DNA from: an uncultured Chloroflexia bacterium
GTDB taxonomy: Bacteria; Chloroflexota; Limnocylindria; Limnocylindrales; CSP1-4
NCBI GenBank assembly: GCA_963781705.1
Contig: CAWAGP010000010.1
Location: forward strand, 392,782-456,781
Reading direction: 5' to 3'
Length of the DNA: 64,000 nt
Part shown: piece after piece, positions 51,413 through 62,131 of the stretch
How positions within the stretch are numbered: position 1 is the first letter of the stretch
Layout of the letters: every line of letters begins with the position of its first letter
The notes under the pieces: model-generated
What the model was told of the DNA's origin: nothing
The model's database searches: none
Seen by the model: the letters and a program-made list of their open reading frames with translations, nothing else
Position numbers and translations under genes: made by a program

Positions 51413-52486
51413 ATGGCACCCGATGCGCTCTTCTCGATTGGTGGACGCCTCATTGGCGCCGGCTCTCCCACGTACATCATCGCTGAACTGTCCGCGAACC
51501 ATAGGCAGGAGTTCGACATTGCAGCGCGACTCGTGCGGGCTGCGGCTGACGTGGGCGCGGATGCAGTTAAGCTCCAAACCTACACTCCAGACACGATCAC
51601 GATTGCTAGCGACGCCCCGGCTTTCCGGCATGGCCCGGGCTCGCTCTGGGAGGGGGTGACCCTCCACCAGCTGTACAAAGAGGCGTATATGCCATGGGAA
51701 TGGCAGCCGCGTCTAAAGGCGCTTGCCGTAGAACTTGGGCTCCAGTGCTTCTCATCGCCTTTTGATCCCACAGCTGTCGACTTCGTTGCCTCGATCGACA
51801 TGCCGGCTATTAAGATTGCGTCTTTCGAATTGGTCGACCTACCCCTGATCCGCCGAGCCGCGAAGACTGGCCTCCCGCTGGTCATGTCGACGGGAATGGC
51901 GACCTTCGACGAAGTCGATGAGGCGATCGCCGCTGCGCGAGGCGCTGGTGCGAACCAGATCGCCGTCCTGAAGTGCACGAGTGCGTATCCGTCCCCGCCC
52001 GAGGACATCCGGTTGTCAGCGATCCCGATAATGCGTACCCGGTGGGGCCTACCCGTAGGCCTCTCTGATCACACTGCCGGTTATGTCATCCCCGTGACGG
52101 CAGTCGCACTAGGCGCATGCATCATCGAGAAGCACTTCACACTCTCGCGCGCGGACCCATCTCCGGACGCGGTGTTCTCTCTGGACGTTGAGGAATTCCG
52201 GTCGATGGTCCAGGCCATCCGACAGGCCGAGGCCGCCTTGTCGGGGCCGGGGATACTGGAGCCAACGGACAGTGAGAGGGAGTCACGCAGGCTCCGCAGG
52301 TCACTCTTCGTCGTTCTGGACGTTGCGGTCGGCGAGACGCTGACCGAAGCGAACGTCCGGTCGATTCGGCCAGCCGCCGGCTTACACACACGCGAGTACG
52401 AGCGGGTGCTCGGACGGCGGGCCGTGAAGCCGATCAGCAAGGGGACGCCTCTCAGCTGGGACCTGCTCGAAGGCGAGAGTGGCTAA
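51413..52486 (+). CDS. pseI: Pseudaminic acid synthase with C-terminal SAF domain
   Basis: IIAELSANH, KLQTYTPDTIT, KIASFE, KCTSAYP, GLSDHT, IEKHFTL, RRSLF. Confidence 0.94.
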   Translation: MAPDALFSIGGRLIGAGSPTYIIAELSANHRQEFDIAARLVRAAADVGADAVKLQTYTPDTITIASDAPAFRHGPGSLWEGVTLHQLYKEAYMPWEWQPRLKALAVELGLQCFSSPFDPTAVDFVASIDMPAIKIASFELVDLPLIRRAAKTGLPLVMSTGMATFDEVDEAIAAARGAGANQIAVLKCTSAYPSPPEDIRLSAIPIMRTRWGLPVGLSDHTAGYVIPVTAVALGACIIEKHFTLSRADPSPDAVFSLDVEEFRSMVQAIRQAEAALSGPGILEPTDSERESRRLRRSLFVVLDVAVGETLTEANVRSIRPAAGLHTREYERVLGRRAVKPISKGTPLSWDLLEGESG

Positions 52487-52499
52487 GGGCCCCGTTGCG

Positions 52500-52988
52500 A
52501 CGAAGGCCGGCGTCCATCCTGCGCGGACCGCCAGTTGTGCAGCTCATGTAGAGCGGTCATATCGGGCTGCCCGTCTTCCGCTGCAGTCGTGCGTATGGAG
52601 TCTGGCCGCCGAGTCGCGCAGCTTGGGGATGCGCAGTTCGACGTCGCCCGGCCTTGGTCCACAGCAGCCGGCTGCGGCTGCCGTTGCCCTGCGTCGTGCG
52701 CGTGCGCTCGTCGCTGCGTTCGTAGCGGTCGGCGCCGATGACGGCTGTGGCCTCCAGCTCGATCATCTCTTGGAGCACCAGTGTCATTGCCGATCGGATG
52801 ACTTCTTCGACGCCGCCGGCGCGGGTGGCGTCGAGCAGCTCGGACAGTGCAGACTGTGACAGGGCCATCGGAGACCTCCTCGCGCTCTTGCAGGAACACG
52901 CTGAGCATCACACCGGTGGCCCCGACGTTGCTGGCCCTCAGCGCACGTCGCGGACTGGGCTCAATTTCCAAACTCTGGGCGACAGCCA
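52500..52988 (-). mobile_element. IS256-family remnant (internally deleted transposase)
   Basis: MALSQSALSELLDA...IELEATAVIGADRYERS...NG.R.R...TKAG then DVELRIPKLR in another frame; probable terminal IR near 52960-52988. Confidence 0.85.
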
Positions 52989-53188
52989 CGCTCCGCGTCG
53001 GCATGCGGCAGCCGAACCGTCACTGGTTGTGTGTCGGAGGGCGGACCGGGCGGACAGGCACAAGCGGACTCATGACGGCATTGCCGACCAAGAAGATCCC
53101 CCCGTGGGGAGGTCGGCCCGGTGGGCAGTGAGGCAGACCGCGCATGGTGCCATGCACTGGTCGGTAGTATCGCAGACCCGCCCAGAGT

Positions 53189-54832
53189 TCAGGAGAGGCC
53201 GATCTGTGGACGTTGAAATGAACGCCGTAAGACCTCATCGCCATTTGAATCCACACTTACCCCAGTTAGCATGCCAGCAATCCCGGTTATGAACAACGCG
53301 ATCTGGGGTCCCATGACGTTCTCTTGGAACACCCAACACGCCACCCATGCAGTGAGGATGTACGCGGCAGCCGGTGCGACTCGAGAAGCAACACGAACGC
53401 ATGCTGACCATGTGCCCAAGAATGCGACTAAGCCAGGTACACCCAATTGCGCCAGCAGGACGGCTACTCCACTCTCCGCGCCTGTCGACAACCAACCTGT
53501 CGTATCCGCGTTTCCGGCAATCGTGGATAGGTTCCCGCCAACTCCAAGACCATTTCCGAAGAAGTTCGATGGAACGAGCTGAATTGCCGATGCAAACCCC
53601 ACTAGGTGGTACTCGACCGAATTGCCTCCCCCTTGAAACGCAGCAGGGTTGGCTATCAGTTGGTAAAGGCGGTCGACTGATCCGCTCGTGAGGAAGGCGT
53701 AGCCGACCATGACAGCGACAGCTGTGACTAACGCGCCCATTAGAGTCAGCGTGGGCCGTGCCGCAAGCAGCGTTCCGAGTTTCGGCGTCGCGCTGAATGC
53801 AAGGAACACTGCCCCAAAGAAGAGTCCGCCTTTGCCCCAACCCAAGACACCCACCAAGAGAGCTGCAAGTATGGCGGGCACGTGCTTCCTGATCGCAACC
53901 GTTCGAGCTGTCGCAACAAGAGCGACCGCGGTCGCGATGCCGATGTAGCTTGCATTGATGGGGTCGACGATGAAAGAGGCAAATCGCGGCAGCGTCAGTG
54001 AGAACAGGTCGCTATTTGACGGTAAGCCGCCGCGCACATCTACCAGAAAGGGAGCACCAATCGCGGACCATAATGCACTCTGCCCTAGTAGTATCTCAAT
54101 AGCCAACCCAACGAGCAATATGGCGGCGATCAACTGCAGCAACCAGGACAGGTCACGAAGCGTGTGTCGCCTCTTGATGCCGATGGCGACACCTAGAAAG
54201 AACGCCACAAAGCCAGCCGTGAAATTGCGGAAGTATCCTAACGTCGTGAGCACATTGGCTCCATCGGAGAGCCTCACTACTGACCACCCGATAAACAGTG
54301 TCGCGAAGATAAGTGCCCATTTCAGCCGCCTCACAGCAAGTAGTTCGCCAAGCGCCAAGGTGGCCAGCATGTAGAGGCCGAGTGTCTTCAGCTCGATGAG
54401 CACCAAGATGCTGCCATTGGCAGGAGAGGACAGACCGATGCCGACCAGGGTGTTCTGAAACAGCGCTAGTCCAAGTAGACCGGCAAAGCCAGCTAGGGGG
54501 TCTTGGAACCACAATCCAAGCAGCAAGGTGGACGCGGCAATGGTCGCGACTGCGATAGCCGGCGCACTGGCGATGATGTCCGTGTTCAGCTGCCCGACGA
54601 GCAACGTCAATGGGAGAAGGAACAGCCCGACCAAAGGCAGCAAACGACTCGCTCCTGGCCGATCGCGGGCCGGCAGGTGACGGCGAACGCCGCCGCCCAG
54701 GATGGACGGATGAATGCTTGAACTGGCCCTACCGCCGATAGCGAGCGCCGCAGATGGCTGCGGGGCCGTTGGGTCGGTAGTCATACGGGAGAGATGTACC
54801 TGGTCAACCAGACGGAATAGCACTGGTTGCAT
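53189..54832 (-). CDS. Multi-TM Wzy-like polymerase (lower GC; start may be 54785)
   Basis: More than 10 hydrophobic segments; RFASFIVDPIN, FFGNGLG, AESG...LAQLG. Confidence 0.65.
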   Translation of the reverse strand: MQPVLFRLVDQVHLSRMTTDPTAPQPSAALAIGGRASSSIHPSILGGGVRRHLPARDRPGASRLLPLVGLFLLPLTLLVGQLNTDIIASAPAIAVATIAASTLLLGLWFQDPLAGFAGLLGLALFQNTLVGIGLSSPANGSILVLIELKTLGLYMLATLALGELLAVRRLKWALIFATLFIGWSVVRLSDGANVLTTLGYFRNFTAGFVAFFLGVAIGIKRRHTLRDLSWLLQLIAAILLVGLAIEILLGQSALWSAIGAPFLVDVRGGLPSNSDLFSLTLPRFASFIVDPINASYIGIATAVALVATARTVAIRKHVPAILAALLVGVLGWGKGGLFFGAVFLAFSATPKLGTLLAARPTLTLMGALVTAVAVMVGYAFLTSGSVDRLYQLIANPAAFQGGGNSVEYHLVGFASAIQLVPSNFFGNGLGVGGNLSTIAGNADTTGWLSTGAESGVAVLLAQLGVPGLVAFLGTWSACVRVASRVAPAAAYILTAWVACWVFQENVMGPQIALFITGIAGMLTGVSVDSNGDEVLRRSFQRPQIGLS

Positions 54833-55689
54833 TAGGTCAAGAGCGAGTCGAGCAGTGTCTTCGACTCTTCGATATGAGCCCTAGTGGAGGATCCGAACAC
54901 GACGGCCTCGAGTCCATCTAGGCCACACACGTACTCGAATGCCTCTCGCGGTGGTAGCGCTCCGGCAGCCAGAACCTGCATAGCGACCACGCGAACGGTG
55001 CCCGAGCTGATCACATCACGGTAGACATCTAGCCCACCGGTCATACGGAATCCCACTTTGTTAATCGACGCACAGATGATTGGTCGGGTCATACCCGCCG
55101 CGGTGAGGAGGGAAGCCGCCATCGGGAGGTTCATTGTGATGAAGCCGGCATCGGCGCCATAATGGGATCGCACGTATTCCGCAAATGACCGTAGCACATC
55201 AGCCATGCCCAATCCGAGAAGCAGGTCAGTTAGCGTGTTCTGAAGAAATATGACTGGAGTGGTTATCCCGCGAAACATCTTCATCTCGGCGTCGATCGCG
55301 AGACGCATCATTGCGAGAAAGTCTCGCCGAGCAAATGCAAGCCCGCCACGGGCAACCGTCGACAACAAGTTAGCAGGCATATATTGCCGCGCCATGCCTA
55401 CGACCCCGAGCTCCGTCAGGGCGTTGGCGTACTTGTGGGCGTAAGGCATGCATGGGAGTATCTTGAACCCACGGTACCGCTCAGGCTTCGAGCGAATTGA
55501 GTCGCACACTTCGATCATCCGATCGTGCGTCGTGCACATGAATGACATCACGCCGCAATCTATCGCGTCATCAAGAACCCGAACAATCGACTCGGCGTCG
55601 CGGAAGCGAATTGCCTGCGCCCGAGCTCTCTCGTCGGAGAGGTGACTTACGCCGAAGAACTGATTGTCGCCGAGAAGAACTCTATCCAT
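54832..55689 (-). CDS. Conserved hypothetical aldo/keto-reductase-like TIM-barrel protein of EPS loci
   Basis: LLGDNQFFGVSH, PCMPYAHKY, INKVGFRM, AMQVLAAG, VFGSST; coupled to the Gfo/Idh/MocA gene. Confidence 0.7.
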   Translation of the reverse strand: MDRVLLGDNQFFGVSHLSDERARAQAIRFRDAESIVRVLDDAIDCGVMSFMCTTHDRMIEVCDSIRSKPERYRGFKILPCMPYAHKYANALTELGVVGMARQYMPANLLSTVARGGLAFARRDFLAMMRLAIDAEMKMFRGITTPVIFLQNTLTDLLLGLGMADVLRSFAEYVRSHYGADAGFITMNLPMAASLLTAAGMTRPIICASINKVGFRMTGGLDVYRDVISSGTVRVVAMQVLAAGALPPREAFEYVCGLDGLEAVVFGSSTRAHIEESKTLLDSLLT

Positions 55690-56768
55690 TGCTGACGCTA
55701 GCCTCCTGCATGGCGTCCTCCTGGAGCATTAGGATGGAGCGATCCGTGTCGAGCGCTGTGCGAAAGGTGCTCCTGGTGTTAGTGTCGTGTTCCAATATGT
55801 GTCTGAGAAAGTGATCGACCTGACTTGAGTACTCCTCACCGCGTAAGTAGAATCCTACCGGCTCTTGCAGCGTTACGGCGTAACGGACGTTCCAACCTGG
55901 CTGTAGTTGAGAGTCGTCCGAGATAGACTTAAGGAAGATCCGCACTTCTTGCGCGTCGGCGTAAATCGACCCGAGGGTGCCCAAGGCGCTGAAGTTCACG
56001 GTCATCTTTCGGTAGGAATTCGTCGCTCCAGTTGACGGCGAGCGTGCCGGTCGCGCCGTTGGCTAGAGTAAGAGTGGAGTACACAGCATCTTCTACCGCT
56101 CTCGAATACACCCGCTTGAAGATCGTCGCGCGCGCTCGCACGACTGGGCTCAACAGATAGTGGATAAGGTCCAAGGCGTGTGAGGCATAATCGTGCAGGC
56201 ACCCGCCGCCTTCCGCGCTTGAGGAACGCCAGGTCCCTCCCTTCTGCTTCACGACAACTGGACCATACGACTCGATTGAGAAATGGACTAGGTCACCAAG
56301 CAGGCCTCGTGAGAGGAGGCGCTTGCACTCCTCAAAAGTACCTAGGAACCGCAGCTGGTAGCCGACCTGATTGACGAGACTCCGGCGCTCAGCCTCGGCC
56401 GCGAGGTCAATCCCAGCTGTGTTGTGAAGTAGGAACGGTTTCTCACAGAAGGTGTGGAGTCCGTGCATCAGCGCAGAGGTGACGACTGCAGCGTGGGAAC
56501 TGGGCGGCGTAGCGACAAAGACGGCGTCAAGGGGCTCCCGACTGATCATGACCTCGAAATCGTCGTAAGTGGTGATGCGGGAGTACCTGCGGAAGGCGTC
56601 GAGAATCATTCCCGAGGTATCGCATACCGCAACCACGGACGCCTCTGGATGAGCGTTGGCAATCGCACATTGTGAAATGCCCATCTTGCCCAGCCCGACG
56701 ATGCCCACTCTCAGCCTCTTGAGCGGAGCGCCTGCTACATGCATGTTTGGATCAAGGTGCGCGATCAT
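55682..56768 (-). CDS. Gfo/Idh/MocA oxidoreductase (frameshift near 56010)
   Basis: GIVGLGKMG, FCEKP, NQVGY, GGGCLHDYASH. Confidence 0.88.
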
Positions 56769-56789
56769 TCGACTGGTACCCTCAGATGC

Positions 56790-57780
56790 GGCGAGATCAG
56801 GTTGGCGCGGAGCGTGCGGACTGCCTCCGAAAGGGGAGGCCCTGATGAGTCAGCGTTGTGGCGAGTCCGGCTGGCGCTTGTTGATCTTCATCCGCGCGAT
56901 GCGTCCCAACGTTGCTAGACGCGCGAACCCGTGGACGTCCTCCGGTGTCTTGACTATCGTCTAGGTACTCGACTAGGAAGAGTATGCCGAGCGCCATGTA
57001 CGGTCCCAGCACTGCCGCAAGGGCGGTATTCAGCAGGATACCCGGAGTCGAGGGTCCGGTAGGCCGCAGAGTGGGATCCACGGCGCTGAGTATCGTCGCC
57101 GCGGAATGCGACGGGAACTGCGGCAACGATGAGTAGGCGCTGCGGCACTGGACGAGGCGGACGTCCGCGGTCTGGAGCTGGTTGTTCTCGTCACCACGCC
57201 GGCCCGGCAGAGCGCTCAGCCGATTGACTTCGACCTGTAGTAGCCGCCGGTCTGATTGGTGAGCCGATTGATGGCGGATCCGAGCAGCCGGGCGCTTACG
57301 CGCTTCCGCCGAACCAACCGCGTGATGACCAGCGGCCCTGCTGGTTCGGCCGGAGTCGATCACGAGAAGAGTACCGTCAACTTCGGAAGCCAGAATCGCC
57401 GCGTTATCCACCAGCTGACGCGGCTGACTGTCGACGATGACTACGTCACTGTATCCCCGTAGTCGCCGGAGGGTCTCCTGTATACGACGGAACGCGAGGA
57501 GTTCGGCAGGATTGGGCGGGAGCGCGCCGGTCGTGAACACCTTTTGACCGGCCTCGGGGGTGCCCCGGGCAACCGAATCAAATGGCCGCTCCTCCGTTCG
57601 GAGAAGGTTGCTCAACCCACAGGGCTTAGGGAGCTCAAATAACCGATGGGCGCAGGGGCGGCGCATGTCAGCATCCACGAGCACAACACTCTTCCCAGAC
57701 TGCGCAAAGACCACAGCTAGATTGGTCGCGAGCCCTTGTCTTGCCCTCGCCCGGGCCGGTTGCTAGAAGCCAGAATTGTC
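56790..57780 (-). pseudogene. Degenerate tandem fragments of Wzz/CpsD (Wzc-like) kinase
   Basis: VLVDADMRRP, LPPNPAELL, DGTLLVI, then a Wzz C-terminal piece (ILLNTALAAVLG...EYLDD); Walker A and DSPP motif degraded. Confidence 0.82.
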
Positions 57781-57825
57781 TCGATCGGTTCATCGGCGCT
57801 CGCAAACTCGCAACGCACCATCGGG

Positions 57826-59453
57826 TCACTGAGGGTGGTCGCGCACGGTTGCACGCGTTCGAGTTCTGGCTGGCTCAGCGTCACGCGACGACTTGTCGTC
57901 GGCCGCGTAGTAATCGCCGTAGTAGCGGTAGTAGTAGCCGGCGCTGGAGCGTGCGGTCAGCCGATTGAGCGCCACGCCTACAACATTGGCGCCTACCCGT
58001 TGGAGTGCCTCCGCAGCCTGGCTGACCGCGCCGCGCCGTGTCTTTCCGGCGTGAATGACCAGCAGCGTGCCGTCGGCTTCCGCTGCCAGAACGGCAGCAT
58101 CCGTGACGGCATGTAGCGGTGGGCTGTCGATCACGACCAGGTCTGCATCAGCCGCCAGCTTTGCGAGCACGTCGCGCATGCGCTGCGAGCCCAGCAGTTC
58201 AGCCGGGTTTGGCGGCAGCGGACCAGTCGTGATGACCCGCAGGTTTGGCTCGTCTGTCTGTTGTGCGATTGAGGCAAGTGCGGCGTCTTCTGTCCGCAGC
58301 AGTGTCGTCAGGCCCTGCGAGTTGGGCAGCTCGAAGAACTGGTGAATGCTGGGCCGGCGCATGTCCGCGTCCAGCAGGATCACGCGCTTGCCGCCCTGCG
58401 CAAATGTCGCCGCGATATTGGCCGACATGGTGGACTTGCCTTCACCCGGGACGGCGCTGGTGACGAGCAGTGATGCGCAGCGGTTTGTCCACGCTCGCGA
58501 ACTCGAGGTTCGTGCGCAACGTCCGGAATGCCTCTGCAGTGGGCGAGCGCGGCGCAACCAATACGGCAAGATGCTGCCGCTCGCCCTGCTTTCTGTCCGT
58601 GCGCATCTGGCTGATCACGCCCAGGTTTGGCAGTTGGGCAATCTCGTTGACGTCATCTGGGCTCTTGACGGTGTCGTCCAGGTAATCGAACAGGAAAGCG
58701 AGGCCGAGCGCGAGCAGGAGGCCCGAGCATGGCGGCGAGCGCCGTGTTGAGCAGCACCCGCGGCGAGGACGGCTCGATCGGCGGAGTCGCGGGATCGACC
58801 ACCGACAGCAGGTTCGACGCCGAACTCGCCGACGATGCGAGCAACTGGGCATAGGTTTGGCGCAGCGTGACGAGCCTGCCCTGGAGCGAATCGACCTGCT
58901 GGTCTTCCGCCGGCGTTCGGTCAGTCTTGGCCAGCAGGCTCTCGAGCTGCCCCTGGACGGTCTCGATCTGCTGTTGGGTCGCGGTGAGCTGATCCTGCAC
59001 GAACGAGCCGCTCTGACCCTGGCCCTGAACGGCAGGAGAGTCGGCGATCAACTGAGCCGCGATCCCATTGGCAATGTCAGCTGCCGTCTGCGGGTCGCCG
59101 TACGTCACGCTGACGGTCACCAGTGTGCTGTCGCTGGCAGCGCTCGCCGTGACCTGCTTCCCCAGGTCGTCCGCTTGATCGGGCAGTCCCAGCTGGGCGA
59201 TGACCTTGTCCAGGATGGGCGTCGTGGTCGCCAGCTGGGCAAAGGTTGTCGACAGGCGCTGCGAGGCGAGGATGTCGTTGTAGTTGGGGTTGACCGAGCT
59301 GAGCGACTGGCCAACGATCAGCTTCGCGCTGCTCGAGTACATCTTGGGCAGCGAGATGCTGACGACGTAGGCGGCACCGGCGGCGAGCACCGTGCACGCG
59401 ACAATCAGCCACAGCCAGTGGCGCACGACCAGCATCTGGCGGCGCAGGTCCAT
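57826..59453 (-). CDS. wzc: Polysaccharide co-polymerase/tyrosine autokinase fusion (frameshifts near 58720 and 58480)
   Basis: Wzz N-terminus; AEAFRTLRTNL, SAVPGEGKST, LDADMRRP, IDSPP; tyrosine cluster YYYRYYGDYY. Confidence 0.9.
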
Positions 59454-59582
59454 ACCTAGATCGGGCCTCTCATGACGGGTGGTGTCCCCCTCTTGGGCAA
59501 GCGTGACTTGCCGAAGGGCAGTCTAGCCGACCGAGTTGGCGACGCAACAACCGCCACGGGTGCGTGCTTTCACCTAAGCCGG

Positions 59583-60387
59583 CTATGGAACGGGAATGAT
59601 CAACTGCTCGCCGATGTAGATCCGGTTTGGATCAGTGATGCCGTTCGCCGCGGCGATGTCCGCGACGGACACGCCGTACAGCGTGGCGATTGACCTGAGG
59701 GTTTCGCCGCGGGCGACCGTGTGCACCAGCGGCGTGGGCGTTGGTGTTGGTGGGAGCGGGGTCGCGGTTGGGGGGGGCGTGATCTGCGGCGTTGGCGACG
59801 GCGTTGCGCGTGGGCGTTGGTGAGGCGGTCGGGCTGGGCGACGGCGTTGGCGTGGGCGGGGCAGGGGTGAGTGTCGGCGAGGGCGTCGATCGGTCGGCGA
59901 AGGGGAGGTGGTCGGCTGAGGCGTCGCAGTCGGCAGTCCGGCAACCAGGGTCGACGCCGGCGGCGAGGCGCTTGGGCTGTGGCCCAGACCCACGAACACC
60001 CACAGTGCCAGCACGGCCAGCGCGGCAACGGCAGCCAGGGCGGTGAGCACAGGAAGCGGCGACCTGCGCGGGCGGCGTGGCGCGCGCAGATGATCGACCG
60101 GCGCGGGCGACGCGGTGGCGGCCGGATGCCAGGCGGGGATGGGTCGGTCGGCTGATTGGAAGCGGGCGCAACTGGCGTACTTGCCGGCCATGCACGTGCC
60201 CGACTGGTAGGCGAGATCGATGACCGCTGGCTTGCCGGCCACGCGGGCAAAGCAACGGTGGGCAGCGTCGGCCGAGTAGAAGTGCGACGCGCTATCGTCC
60301 GGCAGGCCCAGGTAGGGGCAGACGAGTGCGGCGCTGTCAGGCTGGGCCAGCGGTCCTTCAGCGTGGCTCGCTTACTGGTTGCGTCAT
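59583..60387 (-). CDS. Membrane LysM protein with Cys/His-rich N-terminus and PT-rich linker (indels)
   Basis: HTVARGETLRSIATLYGVSVADIAAANGITDPNRIYIGEQLIIP; upstream in-frame CPYLG...HRC...C...C. Confidence 0.85.
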
Positions 60388-60488
60388 TCAGTGTCGATGT
60401 TAGGTGTGTCTGGCGTTCTCAGCGTGGCGTGACTCAAGTCGAACGGCGCTCAAGGGCCAGCCTGAGCATCCGGTACCATCGCGATCCG

Positions 60489-61361
60489 ATGACCACCGCA
60501 CAGCAAATGGACCGCGGCGCAGGTTCGACCGCCGCGGCCCCCTTGGTGAAGACGGTCATCAGGCCTCCTGGCCGCTGGCCGACGCTCGCGCTGCGCGAGC
60601 TCTGGCGCTACCGCTCGATATGCATGGTCCTCGTCCGCCGGTCGCTCATGGTCCGCTACCGCCAAACGGCCGTTGGCGCAGCCTGGGCGATGCTGCAGCC
60701 GCTGCTGCTGATGCTCGTATTCACGGTCTTCTTCGGAATTCTCGCGAACGTGCAGTCTGACGGCGTCCCATACGCGGTCTTCGTGATGGTCGGGCTCACT
60801 ATCTGGCAGGTCGTCGGCAAGGTGCTCAACGAGGCCAGCCTGAGCGTCGTGGCGAATGGCGGACTCGTGAACAAGATCTACTTCCCGCGAGCGTACTTCC
60901 CGATTGCTTCCGCACTGGGCAGTCTGGTCGACCTGGCGTTCGGCCTCCTGGCGCTGGCCGGGTTGCTGGTCATCTTCAGGGTCCTTCCCGGCTGGCCCAT
61001 CGTCCTGGCGCCCTTGCTTGTCGCCATCGCACTCGCCGCGGTGACCGGGGTGAGCTTCTTCCTGTCAGCGCTGAATGTCACCTATCGCGACGTCGCCCAG
61101 CTCCTGCCCTTCTTGACCCAGATCTGGATGTTCAGCTCACCGATCTTCTACTCCAGCTCAATCATCCCAGCCGTATTCCGGCCGCTGTACTGGCTGAACC
61201 CGATGGTCGTCGCGGTCGATGGGTTGCGCTGGGCGATCGCGGGCACCGCTGCGCCGCCGATCCAGGAGTGGATCGAAGGTATCGTCGTCGCCGCCATCCT
61301 CCTGTGCTCGGGTTACCTCTTCTTCCGCCAGCGTGAGCCGGGCTTCTCCGACACCGTATGA
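60489..61361 (+). CDS. wzm: Polysaccharide ABC transporter permease
   Basis: ELWRYR, VRYRQTAVGAAWAMLQPL, KIYFPR, YRDV, SPIFY, LNPM. Confidence 0.94.
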   Translation: MTTAQQMDRGAGSTAAAPLVKTVIRPPGRWPTLALRELWRYRSICMVLVRRSLMVRYRQTAVGAAWAMLQPLLLMLVFTVFFGILANVQSDGVPYAVFVMVGLTIWQVVGKVLNEASLSVVANGGLVNKIYFPRAYFPIASALGSLVDLAFGLLALAGLLVIFRVLPGWPIVLAPLLVAIALAAVTGVSFFLSALNVTYRDVAQLLPFLTQIWMFSSPIFYSSSIIPAVFRPLYWLNPMVVAVDGLRWAIAGTAAPPIQEWIEGIVVAAILLCSGYLFFRQREPGFSDTV

Positions 61362-62131
61362 CGACCCTGGGCGGAGCGCTGGCGATCAGTGTTGAGGGCC
61401 TCGGCAAGCAGTACCACATTGGGGCGGCGCCCGGCAGCGCAAGCCTGTACGAACGCATAGGCGCCGTCCTTGGCCAGAGATCTCGCGGCCCGTCTGATGC
61501 GCATCCCACCATCTGGGCCCTCAAGGACGTTGAGTTCGATGTACCGCATGGGCAGGTGCTCGGCGTCCTTGGGCGCAACGGCTCCGGCAAGAGCACGCTC
61601 ATGCGGATCCTCGCGCGCATTACCGCGCCGACCAGGGGCATGGCCGAGATCAACGGACGAGTCGGCGCATTGTTGGAGGTTGGCACGGGCTTCCACCCGG
61701 AGCTCACCGGGCGGGAGAACATCGCGCTGAGCGGCGCCATCCTGGGGATGACCCCGCACGACATCGCCAGGGTCCAGGATCAGATCATCGACTTCTCCGA
61801 AGTCGGGAAGTTCCTCGACACGCCCGTCAAGCACTACTCGAGTGGAATGTTCCTGCGCCTCGCGTTCAGCGTGTCGATCCACCTTGAGGCTGAAATCCTC
61901 CTGGTCGACGAGGTCCTCGCGGTGGGCGACGCAGCGTTCCAGCTGAAGTGCCAAGAGCGGATCCGGCAGGCGGTGGCACAGGGTCGGACCGCGCTCTTCG
62001 TAAGCCACAACATGGCGTCGGTCGCGGCAATTTGTGATCGCGCGATCGTGTTGGACCAGGGATCGCTGCTTTTCAGCGGCGAGACGAACGCGGCGGTCGA
62101 CTTCTACACGAACAAGATCCTGGGGATGTAG
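61358..62131 (+). CDS. wzt: Polysaccharide ABC transporter ATPase (no C-terminal CBM)
   Basis: WALKDV, GRNGSGKST, LLEVGTGFHPELTGREN, YSSGM, VDEVLAVGD. Confidence 0.95.
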   Translation: MTTLGGALAISVEGLGKQYHIGAAPGSASLYERIGAVLGQRSRGPSDAHPTIWALKDVEFDVPHGQVLGVLGRNGSGKSTLMRILARITAPTRGMAEINGRVGALLEVGTGFHPELTGRENIALSGAILGMTPHDIARVQDQIIDFSEVGKFLDTPVKHYSSGMFLRLAFSVSIHLEAEILLVDEVLAVGDAAFQLKCQERIRQAVAQGRTALFVSHNMASVAAICDRAIVLDQGSLLFSGETNAAVDFYTNKILGM

